64,000 nt of DNA, from assembly GCA_038884575.1 (NCBI GenBank), contig JAWABQ010000002.1:16893-80892 (forward strand). Reading direction: 5' to 3'. The translations under genes and the position numbers were made by a program. This document shows, piece after piece, positions 48,155-57,443 of this stretch. Below the pieces are notes generated by a model. It was not told where the DNA came from. It ran no database searches and worked only from the letters and a program-made list of their open reading frames with translations. Numbering within the stretch: the stretch's first letter is position 1; every line of letters begins with the position of its first letter. The stretch comes from Candidatus Woesearchaeota archaeon. GTDB taxonomy: Archaea > Nanobdellota > Nanobdellia > Woesearchaeales > ARS49.

Positions 48155-48721
48155 ATGGCAATGAAAACAGAAGCAAGGGTTATTGGAATTGATGACAGCC
48201 CTTTTGTCAAGAGAAAAGACAAAAAAGTGCTGCTTGTCGGCGTTGTTTACCGCGGCGGAGTCTTTCCTGACGGCGTTGTTACCACTTACGCAACTGTTGA
48301 CGGCACTGACGCAACAGAAAAAATAGCCTCAATGATAAACAAGTGCAGGTTCAGGACCCAATTGCAGGCAATAATGCTCAAAGGAGTGGCAGTAGGCGGG
48401 TTTAATGTAATAGACATTTACAAACTGCACAAGCTTACAAGAAGGCCTGTTGTGGTTGTTGTGCGCGACTATCCTGATTTAAATGAAATATTCAGGGTTT
48501 TGAAATGGCTGAAGAAGAAAAAGGCAATTGCCCTCATCAAGAAGCTGCCAAAACCAAAGAAAATAGGCAAAGTATATGTCCAATATGCAGGAACAAACCT
48601 CAAATCAGTAAAAGAGCTTCTGAAAATCACCTCAACAAGGGCATTTATCCCAGAACCACTCCGCGTGGCACACCTTATTGCTGCCGGAGTTGTTAAGGGA
48701 CAGAGCCGGGGAAGGGCTTAA
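48155..48721 (+). CDS. DUF99 family (endonuclease V-like) protein
   Basis: RVIGIDDSPF, VDGTDAT, GGFNVID and IPEPLRVAHLIA motifs. Confidence 0.92.
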   Translation: MAMKTEARVIGIDDSPFVKRKDKKVLLVGVVYRGGVFPDGVVTTYATVDGTDATEKIASMINKCRFRTQLQAIMLKGVAVGGFNVIDIYKLHKLTRRPVVVVVRDYPDLNEIFRVLKWLKKKKAIALIKKLPKPKKIGKVYVQYAGTNLKSVKELLKITSTRAFIPEPLRVAHLIAAGVVKGQSRGRA

Positions 48722-50478
48722 GTGTAGTAAAGCCTTCCTGTTTCCTTCTGTTCCCTGTCAAGCCTTGAGCCAGGCTTGTTTATTCTGGGACGCTTGCTGT
48801 CCTCGTCGCGTCTGAGCGTGATGCCGATTTCTGTGAGGAAGTTGTTCATTCCGCTAACCATGTCAAAAGGACCGCTTGCCTTGCCTGACTTTCCAGGGCT
48901 GCCTGCAAAAACCATAAGCTCGTCAGCAAGATAGTCAAGGAACATCAGGTCGTGGTCAACAACCATTATTGTAACACCCCTTTGTTCGGCAACTTCCTTG
49001 ATTGTCTTGGCAACTGCAAGCCTTTGCTCAACATCCAAATATGCAGATGGCTCGTCAAGAAGGTAAAGATCAGCATCCTGAGAAAGGCAGTGCGCAATTG
49101 CAACACGCTGCAATTCCCCTCCTGAGAGAGCATTCATGTTCTTTAGCAACAAGGGCTTGATTTCAAGAGGGCGGATAAGCTGAACTTCGTACTTGCCGAC
49201 AGCATTTTGCAAGGCAGTGCTCACAAGCTCTTCTGACGACGAATCAATCTGCTGCGGCTTATAAGCCACCCTGACAGGAATCTCAACCTCGCCTGAGTCA
49301 GGCTTGAGGACATTTGCAAGCATTTTCACAAAAGTTGTTTTTCCAGTGCCGTTCTCACCAAGAACTCCAACAACACTGTGCGCATTCACAGAACCGGGCT
49401 GTATGTCAAGCAAGAAATGGTCAAGCTTTTTCTTCATTTTCTGCCAACCAGTAAGTTTTTTCACAAATTTCTTCTGACCTGGCTGTCTTGCAAAAAAAGT
49501 AATTGCATAAGGCCTGAACCTCATGTTCTGCTCCTTGATAAAGCCCTCAAGATATGTGTTGATGCCGTTCCTTGCGGGCTTTGGAACGCTCACAATGCCA
49601 TAACTGCCTTCCTCGCCAAACATTATGTGAGCCAAATCAGTCATGTAGTCAAGAATTATCAAGTCGTGCTCAACAACAAGCACTGCAGTTTCCTCATTTG
49701 CAAGATCCTTGATGAATTTTGCAACATTAATCCTCTGCTTGATATCCAAATAGGATGTTGGCTCGTCAAAAACATACAGGTTTGCCTTTTTCAGCACTGT
49801 TGCGGCAATTGCAATCCTCTGCATTTCTCCGCCGGAAACTGTTGAAATATCGTTGTCAAGGAGGTGGGCAATGTCAAGCGCCTTTGCAGTCTCTGCAAGC
49901 TTTTTTGTCTCATTGACTTTTTCAAGCAAGTCCCTGACTTTTCCTTTTGCATTCTTCTGAATCTGGTCAATATGCTGGGGCTTGTAGCTCACCTTGATTT
50001 CCCCTTTTGCAAGTTTCTCAAAAAACACCTGCGCTTCTGTGCCCTTGAAATACTCAAGAAGCTCCTGATGGCTTGCCTCTTTTTCCCTGCCCAGATTGGG
50101 AACCAATTGTCCCGCAAGAATCCTTATCGCGGTTGATTTGCCAATACCGTTCCTGCCGACAATGCCAACCACTTTTCCAAAAACAGGCATTGGAAGATTG
50201 TACAGGTGAAACCCGTTTGTGCCATACTGGTGCACAGGCTGCTTTGCCAGCTCCTCAGGAAGCTTGATGATGCTTATGGCGCCAAAAGGGCACCTGTTCT
50301 GGCAAATACTGCACGCATCACTTGTGAGTTCTGGATTTATTTTTATCTTCTGGTCAACAGGGTCAATTGTCTTGCATTCCAAGCCCTGCCTGTTCATCGG
50401 GCAGATGCGCATGCACAAGTATCCGCCGCAGCCTTTTGGGTTGCACCTTTCCTTGTGCACAATCGCTATTCTCGGCAT
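48718..50478 (-). CDS. rli: ribosome recycling ATPase ABCE1 (RLI)
   Basis: N-terminal Fe-S Cys (C.P..C...C...CP, C..C...CP); two ABC domains (NGIGKST, SGGEMQR, NGTGKTT, SGGELQR); R.NK..S..D.EQK..G.YY end. Confidence 0.97.
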   Translation of the reverse strand: MPRIAIVHKERCNPKGCGGYLCMRICPMNRQGLECKTIDPVDQKIKINPELTSDACSICQNRCPFGAISIIKLPEELAKQPVHQYGTNGFHLYNLPMPVFGKVVGIVGRNGIGKSTAIRILAGQLVPNLGREKEASHQELLEYFKGTEAQVFFEKLAKGEIKVSYKPQHIDQIQKNAKGKVRDLLEKVNETKKLAETAKALDIAHLLDNDISTVSGGEMQRIAIAATVLKKANLYVFDEPTSYLDIKQRINVAKFIKDLANEETAVLVVEHDLIILDYMTDLAHIMFGEEGSYGIVSVPKPARNGINTYLEGFIKEQNMRFRPYAITFFARQPGQKKFVKKLTGWQKMKKKLDHFLLDIQPGSVNAHSVVGVLGENGTGKTTFVKMLANVLKPDSGEVEIPVRVAYKPQQIDSSSEELVSTALQNAVGKYEVQLIRPLEIKPLLLKNMNALSGGELQRVAIAHCLSQDADLYLLDEPSAYLDVEQRLAVAKTIKEVAEQRGVTIMVVDHDLMFLDYLADELMVFAGSPGKSGKASGPFDMVSGMNNFLTEIGITLRRDEDSKRPRINKPGSRLDREQKETGRLYYT

Positions 50479-50532
50479 GCCCCTTTCAGAAAGAGTGACA
50501 TTTATAAATCCTCGCTGACCTAAAAACCAATT

Positions 50533-50691
50533 ATGAAGTGCGAGCTGTGCAAGAAAACAATTGAGCAGACATTCCTTGGAAAAATACTCGGCACATACAT
50601 CAAGGATGCAAAAGGAAAACAGCACGTTATCTGCTTTGAATGCCAGAAAAAGTTCCAGAAGAAAGAAGAAATTCTTGCTCAGCTGAAATAA
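50533..50691 (+). CDS. small zinc-finger protein (52 aa)
   Basis: Below the ORF cutoff. MKCELCKKTIEQTFLGKILGTYIKDAKGKQHVICFECQKK..., two CxxC pairs; TATA at 50501..50508. Confidence 0.8.
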   Translation: MKCELCKKTIEQTFLGKILGTYIKDAKGKQHVICFECQKKFQKKEEILAQLK

Positions 50692-50698
50692 CACACCT

Positions 50699-50771
50699 GC
50701 CCTCGTAGCTTAGTAGCTATAGCACCTGCCTCGTAAGCAGGAGGTCGCGAGTGCAACTCTCGCCGAGGGCT
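50699..50771 (+). tRNA. tRNA-Thr(CGU)
   Basis: GCCCTCG/CGAGGGC acceptor; CCTGC-CTCGTAA-GCAGG anticodon arm; atypical T loop TGCAACT. Confidence 0.9.
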
Positions 50772-50791
50772 TATTATTGAGAAAAAGGAGG

Positions 50792-52360
50792 ATGAACAAA
50801 GTGCTGGTGCTTTATGCCTTGCTACCCATAATCCTGATATTCCTGCTAATAGTGATTATGAAGTGGCCGGCAAGCAGGGCAATGCCTGTTGCCTGGCTGG
50901 CTGCGGCAATAATCAGCATCCTTGTCTGGGCAGTCCCTGTTGCAGGAATCATTGCATCATCATTCAAGGGAGTGCTTGTCGCAATTGACATATTATTCAT
51001 TGTATTCGGCGCCCTGCTGCTCCTTAAGATACTTCAAAAAGGCAGGGCAATAGAAGTAATAGATTATGCCCTTGCAGGCCTGTCCCAAGACAGGAGAGTC
51101 CAGGCAATCCTTGTAGCATGGCTCTTCGGCAGCTTTGTGGAAGGCGCAGCAGGGTTCGGCACACCTGCAGCACTCGCGGCACCCCTGCTTGCATCCATAG
51201 GATTTCCGGCAATAGCAGCAGTAATAGTGTCTTTGGTTGCCAACAGCACCGCAGTATCATTCGGGGCTGCAGGAACGCCGCTTATCATGGGCATAAGCAC
51301 CATACTTCCTGAACAACTGAAGCATCTGCTTCCTGAGATTTCAGCCACAAGCGCATTGCTCCACGCAATCATCGGGACATTTGTGCCGCTGATAATGGTC
51401 TGCATACTGACGCGTTTTTTTGGCAAGAACAGGTCATGGAAAGAGGGAATTGCAATTGCGCCTTATGCAATATGGGCAGGCTTGTGCTTTACAATCCCTT
51501 ACTATCTTTCAGCCCGGCTTTTTGGTCCTGAAGTGCCGTCAATAATCGGGGGGATTGCAGGGCTTGCATTGCTGGCAATAACCACCCGCGCAGGATTATT
51601 CGTGCCAAAAACACCATGGACGTTTGCAGGGCACAAGGAAAAGACCTTGTCTTTCAAAACAAAACTGCCAGTATGGAAAGCATTCTTTCCGTATATTTTG
51701 CTAGGCATTCTGCTTGTAATAACAAGAATCAGGGAATTGGGAATTGGTGAAGCGCTCAAAAAAGTGGCAATAAGCATTCCCGGCGCTGGCTACACGTTTA
51801 CGCCGCTGTACTCTCCTGGCTTTATGTTCCTGATAGTGTGTGCAGTTTCATGGTTTTTGTACGGGCTTTCAGGCAAGGAAGCAGCTTCTTCAGCTGCCAA
51901 TGCATTTGTTCCCCTGAAAAACCCCGCAATATCACTTGTTTTTGCAGTTGCAGCAGTCCAGCTTATAATGAATTCAGGCAACAACATTTCAGGACTTGAA
52001 AGCATGCCTGCAATAATCGGCAGCAGCCTGGCAGTCCTTGGCAGGCTGTTTGTTGTGCTCTCCCCTGCCCTCGGCATGCTTGGCTCTTTCATTGTGGGCA
52101 GCAACACGGTATCAAACCTCTTGTTCGGAGCTTTCCAGCTCGAGACAGCACTTGCAGTCGGGCTTTCACCGGTTTTAGTGCTTGCCCTGCAGAACGTTGG
52201 TGGGGCTGTCGGCAACATGATTTCAGTGCACAACATTATTGCTGCTTCGGCAACAGTGGGCCTGCACGGCGAGGAAGGCCATATTATCAGGATAAACCTC
52301 ATTCCAGCAATCAGCTATGCGCTCCTGGCAGGTATTATTGGGGCATTGCTGTTGCTCTGA
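50792..52360 (+). CDS. lctP: L-lactate permease
   Basis: DRRVQAILVAW.FGSFVEGAAGFGTP, GSNTVSNLLF and GGAVGNMIS motifs. Confidence 0.93.
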   Translation: MNKVLVLYALLPIILIFLLIVIMKWPASRAMPVAWLAAAIISILVWAVPVAGIIASSFKGVLVAIDILFIVFGALLLLKILQKGRAIEVIDYALAGLSQDRRVQAILVAWLFGSFVEGAAGFGTPAALAAPLLASIGFPAIAAVIVSLVANSTAVSFGAAGTPLIMGISTILPEQLKHLLPEISATSALLHAIIGTFVPLIMVCILTRFFGKNRSWKEGIAIAPYAIWAGLCFTIPYYLSARLFGPEVPSIIGGIAGLALLAITTRAGLFVPKTPWTFAGHKEKTLSFKTKLPVWKAFFPYILLGILLVITRIRELGIGEALKKVAISIPGAGYTFTPLYSPGFMFLIVCAVSWFLYGLSGKEAASSAANAFVPLKNPAISLVFAVAAVQLIMNSGNNISGLESMPAIIGSSLAVLGRLFVVLSPALGMLGSFIVGSNTVSNLLFGAFQLETALAVGLSPVLVLALQNVGGAVGNMISVHNIIAASATVGLHGEEGHIIRINLIPAISYALLAGIIGALLLL

Positions 52361-52418
52361 TGCAAAAGCTTTTATTCAGCTTTTAAAAAATGCTTGATAT
52401 TAAGCGAGGTGGACAAAA

Positions 52419-52727
52419 ATGTTGAGAGTTGTGCATGAATTCAAGGATTTTTTGAAGGAGTACAAGATTGTCGGGCTGGCTATTGCCTTCATCATGGGCG
52501 CTGCAGCAACAGAACTTGTGAAGTCATTGGTCAACAACGTGATAATGCCGATAATCACGCCGTTCATTCCTGGCGGAGGATGGCAGACAGCAACATTCAA
52601 GATGGGACCAATAGTTATTTCGTGGGGTGCATTCCTGAGCTCGCTGATATACTTCATAATACTGGCATTTGTAATATTCCTCATTGCAAAATTCGTCTTC
52701 AGGGAGGAAAAGGTTACAAAGAAATAA
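52419..52727 (+). CDS. mscL: large-conductance mechanosensitive channel
   Basis: EFKDFL...GLAIAFIMGAA...VKSLVNNVIMP and GAFLSSLIYF motifs. Confidence 0.92.
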   Translation: MLRVVHEFKDFLKEYKIVGLAIAFIMGAAATELVKSLVNNVIMPIITPFIPGGGWQTATFKMGPIVISWGAFLSSLIYFIILAFVIFLIAKFVFREEKVTKK

Positions 52728-52766
52728 TCCACAAAGCTTTTATGCAGCTGGTTGTGGGACTGGAGC

Positions 52767-53336
52767 ATGGCACTTGACAGGAAGACCTGGATGTCAATAT
52801 TCATCTCTGCAGTAATGATACTCAGCGTGATAGGCTTCTCGCTGACAATGACAGAGCCTGAACAGCAGGTTGAGTACAACGGAATGAAATTCACAAGGTC
52901 ACAGGCAGGATGGCAGGCAAAAATCAATAATGTAAAAACAGAGCTCTATTATTATCCTGCAGAGCTTGAGGACATCCCTGTTGATGAAGGGGTGGGAGTT
53001 GCGCTTGATGGCATCCGTGTTTTGTGGTTCTCGTATAATCCGGCGGATACTTATGCGCAGGAGATTGCAGGAACGCTGTTTTACATGGAAGACCTGCTTG
53101 CCAAGGTGAAAGACGTGTATGTCCAAAGGGGGCTTTTGAACAACACAGACTATGCACTCCCTGAAGCAACCTGCGCAAATGCCACACTGGCTGTCCCTGT
53201 GCTTGTCCTGCAGTCAGGAAATGAAACGTCAGTAAGGCATGACAATGGATGCATAATTGCAACAGCATCAAGCGGAAGGGATATCAGCATGGTTGGAGAC
53301 AGGGTGCTTTACCAGGCATTCGGGGTAATGAGATGA
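52767..53336 (+). CDS. membrane-anchored extracellular hypothetical protein (paralog 1)
   Basis: N-terminal TM helix; YNG..F; C-terminal C...PV....GCII...DRVLY..FGVM. Confidence 0.75.
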   Translation: MALDRKTWMSIFISAVMILSVIGFSLTMTEPEQQVEYNGMKFTRSQAGWQAKINNVKTELYYYPAELEDIPVDEGVGVALDGIRVLWFSYNPADTYAQEIAGTLFYMEDLLAKVKDVYVQRGLLNNTDYALPEATCANATLAVPVLVLQSGNETSVRHDNGCIIATASSGRDISMVGDRVLYQAFGVMR

Positions 53337-53980
53337 CAGAACAAAAAAAACCAGAGCCAGTTAAACAGGCAAGCCCTTCGCGCAACATGATTGTGATAAT
53401 AGCGGCTGTTGCACTGTTTGTTGCAATTAGCTTTGTAGCTTACAAATACATGCATAAGGAGCCTCAGAGCAAGCCAGACCTTGTTTATAACTTCTTTGAG
53501 TTCAAGAAAATAGATGATATGTGGCACACAAAATGGCAGCGCGACGGCCAATTGTTTGATGTCAGCCTGCGCTACAACCCTCTTGACGTTGAGCTGGTGC
53601 CTGTCAGAGGCGGGCTAAATGAAACCTGGCTCAAGCAGCCGTACTACCTCACATTTGACCCTGACTCAAACAGCTCAAACAGCTCAAACAACACAGACTT
53701 CAAGTACCTGGCGCTTGCATTTTCAGAGCTCGGGCTTAACTGGGCAAGGGGGATTGGCAAGGAGGTTGTCACTGCCTGCACAAAGAATGTCTCAGAAGCC
53801 TGCGCAGGTCACCCTATTGTCACATGCGATGATGATGACAAGCCTGTATTTTACCTGAAGGTTATGAAATATCCGCGGGTCACGCTTGACGGCAACTGCC
53901 TCATCATTGAAGGAAAGGAGCTTGACCTGATCAAGGCAACAGACAGGGTTTTGTACCATTTCTATGGAATAATGCCGTAA
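53333..53980 (+). CDS. membrane-anchored extracellular hypothetical protein (paralog 2)
   Basis: N-terminal TM helix; YN.FEF; C-terminal TC...PV....NCLII...DRVLY.FYGIM. Confidence 0.75.
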   Translation: MTEQKKPEPVKQASPSRNMIVIIAAVALFVAISFVAYKYMHKEPQSKPDLVYNFFEFKKIDDMWHTKWQRDGQLFDVSLRYNPLDVELVPVRGGLNETWLKQPYYLTFDPDSNSSNSSNNTDFKYLALAFSELGLNWARGIGKEVVTACTKNVSEACAGHPIVTCDDDDKPVFYLKVMKYPRVTLDGNCLIIEGKELDLIKATDRVLYHFYGIMP

Positions 53981-54011
53981 GTTTATATAGCGCCAAGCAT
54001 TATCAGGGAAT

Positions 54012-54968
54012 ATGTATGTCGTCTACTGTTCCCAGCAGCTGGACGGTATTGCGGCAGCGGCAATACTCTTCAGGGCCGCGCGCCTGACAGGGCACGAAGT
54101 CAGGCTTGGCGGGATTCTCAACTTTGAAAATGCAGACGAACAGTTTTCGGCAATGCAGAACCTGAGCGGCGACCTGATATTCATACTTGACTTCCTGCCT
54201 GACAACATCCAGGCATTTGAGCAGAAGCTCAGCGCAATCACAGTCAGGAACAGGATTGCATACTGGAACAGCCACCATCCGCACTCCGAGGCAGACGGCG
54301 CAATACTCTCCAGACACGCTCACACAGTAGACCTCTCAGGGCCCCTGCATTATGCGCCGGTGCCAAAGGAAAAAACCTGCGCTGCAGAGATTGCCCAGAA
54401 AAAATTCCTGCCGAATGACAGCGTTGCAAGAGAGCTCGCGAAGATCGCGCATGACATAGAATTCTGGGAGCGCACAGACAACAGGGCAGTGCAGCTCGCA
54501 GACCTCATAGCATCAGGGTTTGAGCCAAAGGAGCTTGTTGACATACTCTCGCGCGGAATCCTTTGGTCTGAGCGCTTTGAGCAGCTCAGGCAGGAATACC
54601 TTGGCAAAAAGCAGCATGCAATGCAGGACATAATAGCACACCTTGCAGTCAGGAACATCCTTGGCTACAATTTCGGTTTCTCGCTTGCCCAGTCAATCCT
54701 GCCTTCCTCTGATGCAGGGCAGCACATTCTTGACACACATTCAGGCGTAGACGTATCAGTTGTGCTTTACCGCAACGGCAGGATAAGCTTCAGGAAGAGG
54801 GATACCTGCAACCTCAACCTTGCAGAAATAGCAAAATTATTCGGCGGAGGCGGGCACAATTATGCAGCAGGGGCAAGGCTGGCGCAGCACCAGTCAATAA
54901 CACGCGAAAATTTTGACAATGTGCTGTTTGAGCTTGACCAGCAGCTTAAAACCCACCTTCTCAGATAA
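54012..54968 (+). CDS. DHH/DHHA1 family protein with degenerate metal motifs
   Basis: QQLDG (for DxDG), FILD, WNSHH (for DHH), ISFR and FGGGGH..AAG motifs. Confidence 0.85.
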   Translation: MYVVYCSQQLDGIAAAAILFRAARLTGHEVRLGGILNFENADEQFSAMQNLSGDLIFILDFLPDNIQAFEQKLSAITVRNRIAYWNSHHPHSEADGAILSRHAHTVDLSGPLHYAPVPKEKTCAAEIAQKKFLPNDSVARELAKIAHDIEFWERTDNRAVQLADLIASGFEPKELVDILSRGILWSERFEQLRQEYLGKKQHAMQDIIAHLAVRNILGYNFGFSLAQSILPSSDAGQHILDTHSGVDVSVVLYRNGRISFRKRDTCNLNLAEIAKLFGGGGHNYAAGARLAQHQSITRENFDNVLFELDQQLKTHLLR

Positions 54969-55038
54969 TTTTTACATACATTAAAATACTTTAATTGATT
55001 ATTCCTGCGCATAAAAGCCAAAAAGAGGTGCAATGCAA

Positions 55039-55095
55039 ATGGCAGCAAAGAAAAGAAAGAGGAAGCGCGCAGGAAAGCGACGCCGGCGAAGATAA
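55039..55095 (+). CDS. 18-aa Arg/Lys-rich micropeptide MAAKKRKRKRAGKRRRRR
   Basis: SD GAGGTG 8 nt upstream, AT-rich promoter-like region 54981..54996, terminator hairpin downstream. Confidence 0.65.
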   Translation: MAAKKRKRKRAGKRRRRR

Positions 55096-55109
55096 ACAAA
55101 TGCATTTTG

Positions 55110-55139
55110 CTGCCTCGCAATGCGGGGCAGTTATTTTTT
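55110..55139 (+). terminator. hairpin plus T-tract terminator
   Basis: CTGCCTCGC-AAT-GCGGGGCAG followed by TTATTTTTT. Confidence 0.7.
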
Positions 55140-55182
55140 CTCTGCGAAAACATTATAAACAAACCCTGTTCTGTTCGGGCTG

Positions 55183-55743
55183 ATGATGATTACGCTTCGA
55201 GAGATGTTTGATGCAGCCCTGATGACTGTTGCAGTGGGCTACATATTCATGGGCATTTTCCAGGCGCGGGCAAGGTTTCATGCATTTGACTGGCAGGCAT
55301 TGTGGTTTGCATGCCTTGTCACTGCCCCAGCGCTCATCCTGCATGAGCTCAGCCACAAGTTTGTCGCGATTGCAGCAGGGCTTCAGGCAACATTCCACGC
55401 AGCATACTTCTGGCTGGGAATCGGGGTGCTGCTAAGGCTTTTTCATTCGCCGCTGATATTTTTTGTCCCTGCATATGTCTCAATCAGCTGCGCTCATGCG
55501 CCATGCACAATGCCGCCGCTTGTGTCTGCAATGACTGCATTCGCAGGCCCTGGGCTTAACCTTGCGCTCTGGCTTGCGTCATGGACAGTGCTCAAATACC
55601 GCAGGCTGAGGAGCAGGAAGTGGTTTTTGTTCTGGTTTTTGACCAAGAAAATAAACATGCTGCTTTTCATACTCAACATGCTGCCGATTCCTGGATTTGA
55701 CGGCTATTCTGTATATTCCGGATTGTGGCAGGCTTTTGGCTGA
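55183..55743 (+). CDS. M50 family zinc metalloprotease (intact motifs)
   Basis: LHELSHK, AFAGPGLN and NMLPIPGFDG motifs. Confidence 0.92.
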   Translation: MMITLREMFDAALMTVAVGYIFMGIFQARARFHAFDWQALWFACLVTAPALILHELSHKFVAIAAGLQATFHAAYFWLGIGVLLRLFHSPLIFFVPAYVSISCAHAPCTMPPLVSAMTAFAGPGLNLALWLASWTVLKYRRLRSRKWFLFWFLTKKINMLLFILNMLPIPGFDGYSVYSGLWQAFG

Positions 55744-55796
55744 TTGTGGTGCTGGAAACTACAAAAGAATTTAAACTGCAGATTTCTTTTCAAAAC

Positions 55797-57416
55797 ATGC
55801 ACCTGACCAAATTTGTGGTTATTACAGGCGGAGTTCTTTCAGGGCTGGGAAAGGGAGTGGCTTCTGCATCCATTGGCAGGCTCCTGAAAAATCATGGAAA
55901 GATTGTCTGCATAAAATGCGACGGCTACCTCAATGTAGACCCTGGCACAATGAACCCGATTGAGCACGGGGAAGTCTTTGTCCTTGATGACGGCGGAGAG
56001 GTTGACATGGACTTCGGCCACTATGAGCGCTTTGTCGGAATGCAGTGCAAGTCAGACTGGAACCTGACATCAGGGAAAGTCTTCAACAGGGTAATCACCA
56101 AGGAGCGCAAAGGGCAATTTCTTGGAAAAACCATACAGATATTCCCGCACGTCATCAACGAAATAAAGGAATGGATATTCTCAATCGTGAAGCAGGAGCA
56201 GCCTGACATGGTACTGCTTGAGATTGGCGGCACAATAGGAGACATCGAAAACAGCTGGTTTGTTGAGGCCGCAAGGCAGCTGAAAAAGGATGTGGGGCAG
56301 GAAAACATCGCTTATGTACATCTAACTTATGTCCCTTTCCTCAATTCTGTCGGTGAGCCCAAGACAAAGACTGCCCAGAGGGATGTCGCACTCCTGAGGG
56401 AGAAGGGAATTGTACCCGACATAATAATATGCAGGAGCAAAGACGAAATCTCCCGCGGCATCAAGGAAAAGCTTGCAATGTTCTGCGATGTGGAGCCGTC
56501 GCACATCATCAGCGGGTATGATGTTGAAAACATTTACGAGGTCCCGCTTGTATTCCTGAAAGAGGGGCTGCTTGATATACTTAACACCAAATTGTCGCTC
56601 AGGCACAAGGCAGAGATGAGCGAGTGGCAGTTTCTTGTCAGCAAAATAAAAAACCCGAAGAACACAATTACGATCGCTGTCTGCGGCAAGTATACCGCGC
56701 TTAAGGACTCTTATGCAAGCATAATAGAAGCGCTGACGCATGCCGGCGCGCATAACGACGCAAAAGTCTGCCTGAAATGGATTGAAACAACAGACATTGA
56801 AGACGGAAAAATGTCTGCAGATGATGCGCTCAAAGGAATCCAGGGAGTCCTTGTGCCTGGCGGGTTTGGCAGCAGGGGCGCAGAAGGAAAAATTGCAGTA
56901 ATAAAGGCAGCGCGGGAAAACAACATACCTTATCTGGGAATTTGTTACGGGCTACAGCTTGCAGTGGTTGAATTTGCAAGAAATGCCTGCGGATTATCAG
57001 GAGCAAACACAACTGAAAATGAGCCAAACACGCCATACCCGGTAATTGACTTACTGCCTGAACAAAAAACAATATTTGCAAAAGGCGGAACAATGCGCCT
57101 TGGAGCATGCAAGGCAGTGCTTGAGCCTGGAAGCATCGTAGCCCGGTTGTATGGTGCCTCGGAGGTGTGGGAAAGGCACAGGCACAGGTATGAAGTAAAC
57201 CCGGAGTATCATAAAGTCCTGCGTGACAATGGAATGATGCTCAGCGGGCTTTCAGAGAACGGCAGGCTTGCGGAATTCGTTGAGCTTCAAAACCACCCAT
57301 TCTTTGTTGCCACGCAGGCTCACAATGAGCTCACTTCCCGCCTTGAAAGACCAAATCCATTGTTCTTTGGTTTCATCAATGCTGCGCTTCAAAAAGGGGC
57401 AAGCTTTAAAAAGTGA
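55797..57416 (+). CDS. pyrG: CTP synthase
   Basis: TGGVLSGLGKG, YLNVDPGTM, PGGFGSRG, LGICYG, ERHRHRYE and QAHNE motifs. Confidence 0.98.
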   Translation: MHLTKFVVITGGVLSGLGKGVASASIGRLLKNHGKIVCIKCDGYLNVDPGTMNPIEHGEVFVLDDGGEVDMDFGHYERFVGMQCKSDWNLTSGKVFNRVITKERKGQFLGKTIQIFPHVINEIKEWIFSIVKQEQPDMVLLEIGGTIGDIENSWFVEAARQLKKDVGQENIAYVHLTYVPFLNSVGEPKTKTAQRDVALLREKGIVPDIIICRSKDEISRGIKEKLAMFCDVEPSHIISGYDVENIYEVPLVFLKEGLLDILNTKLSLRHKAEMSEWQFLVSKIKNPKNTITIAVCGKYTALKDSYASIIEALTHAGAHNDAKVCLKWIETTDIEDGKMSADDALKGIQGVLVPGGFGSRGAEGKIAVIKAARENNIPYLGICYGLQLAVVEFARNACGLSGANTTENEPNTPYPVIDLLPEQKTIFAKGGTMRLGACKAVLEPGSIVARLYGASEVWERHRHRYEVNPEYHKVLRDNGMMLSGLSENGRLAEFVELQNHPFFVATQAHNELTSRLERPNPLFFGFINAALQKGASFKK

Positions 57417-57443
57417 CCCTATAACCTCTTCGTCGGTGAAATA

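Noticed and set aside
50479..50694. 72-aa N-terminal extension of ABCE1 in the ORF track
   Set aside because: Overlaps the divergent zinc-finger gene and shared TATA box; ABCE1 homology begins at MPRIAIV (50478).
55039..55095. Naming the micropeptide eL41/eS32
   Set aside because: Lacks the conserved KW.KKR.RRL pattern; left unnamed.
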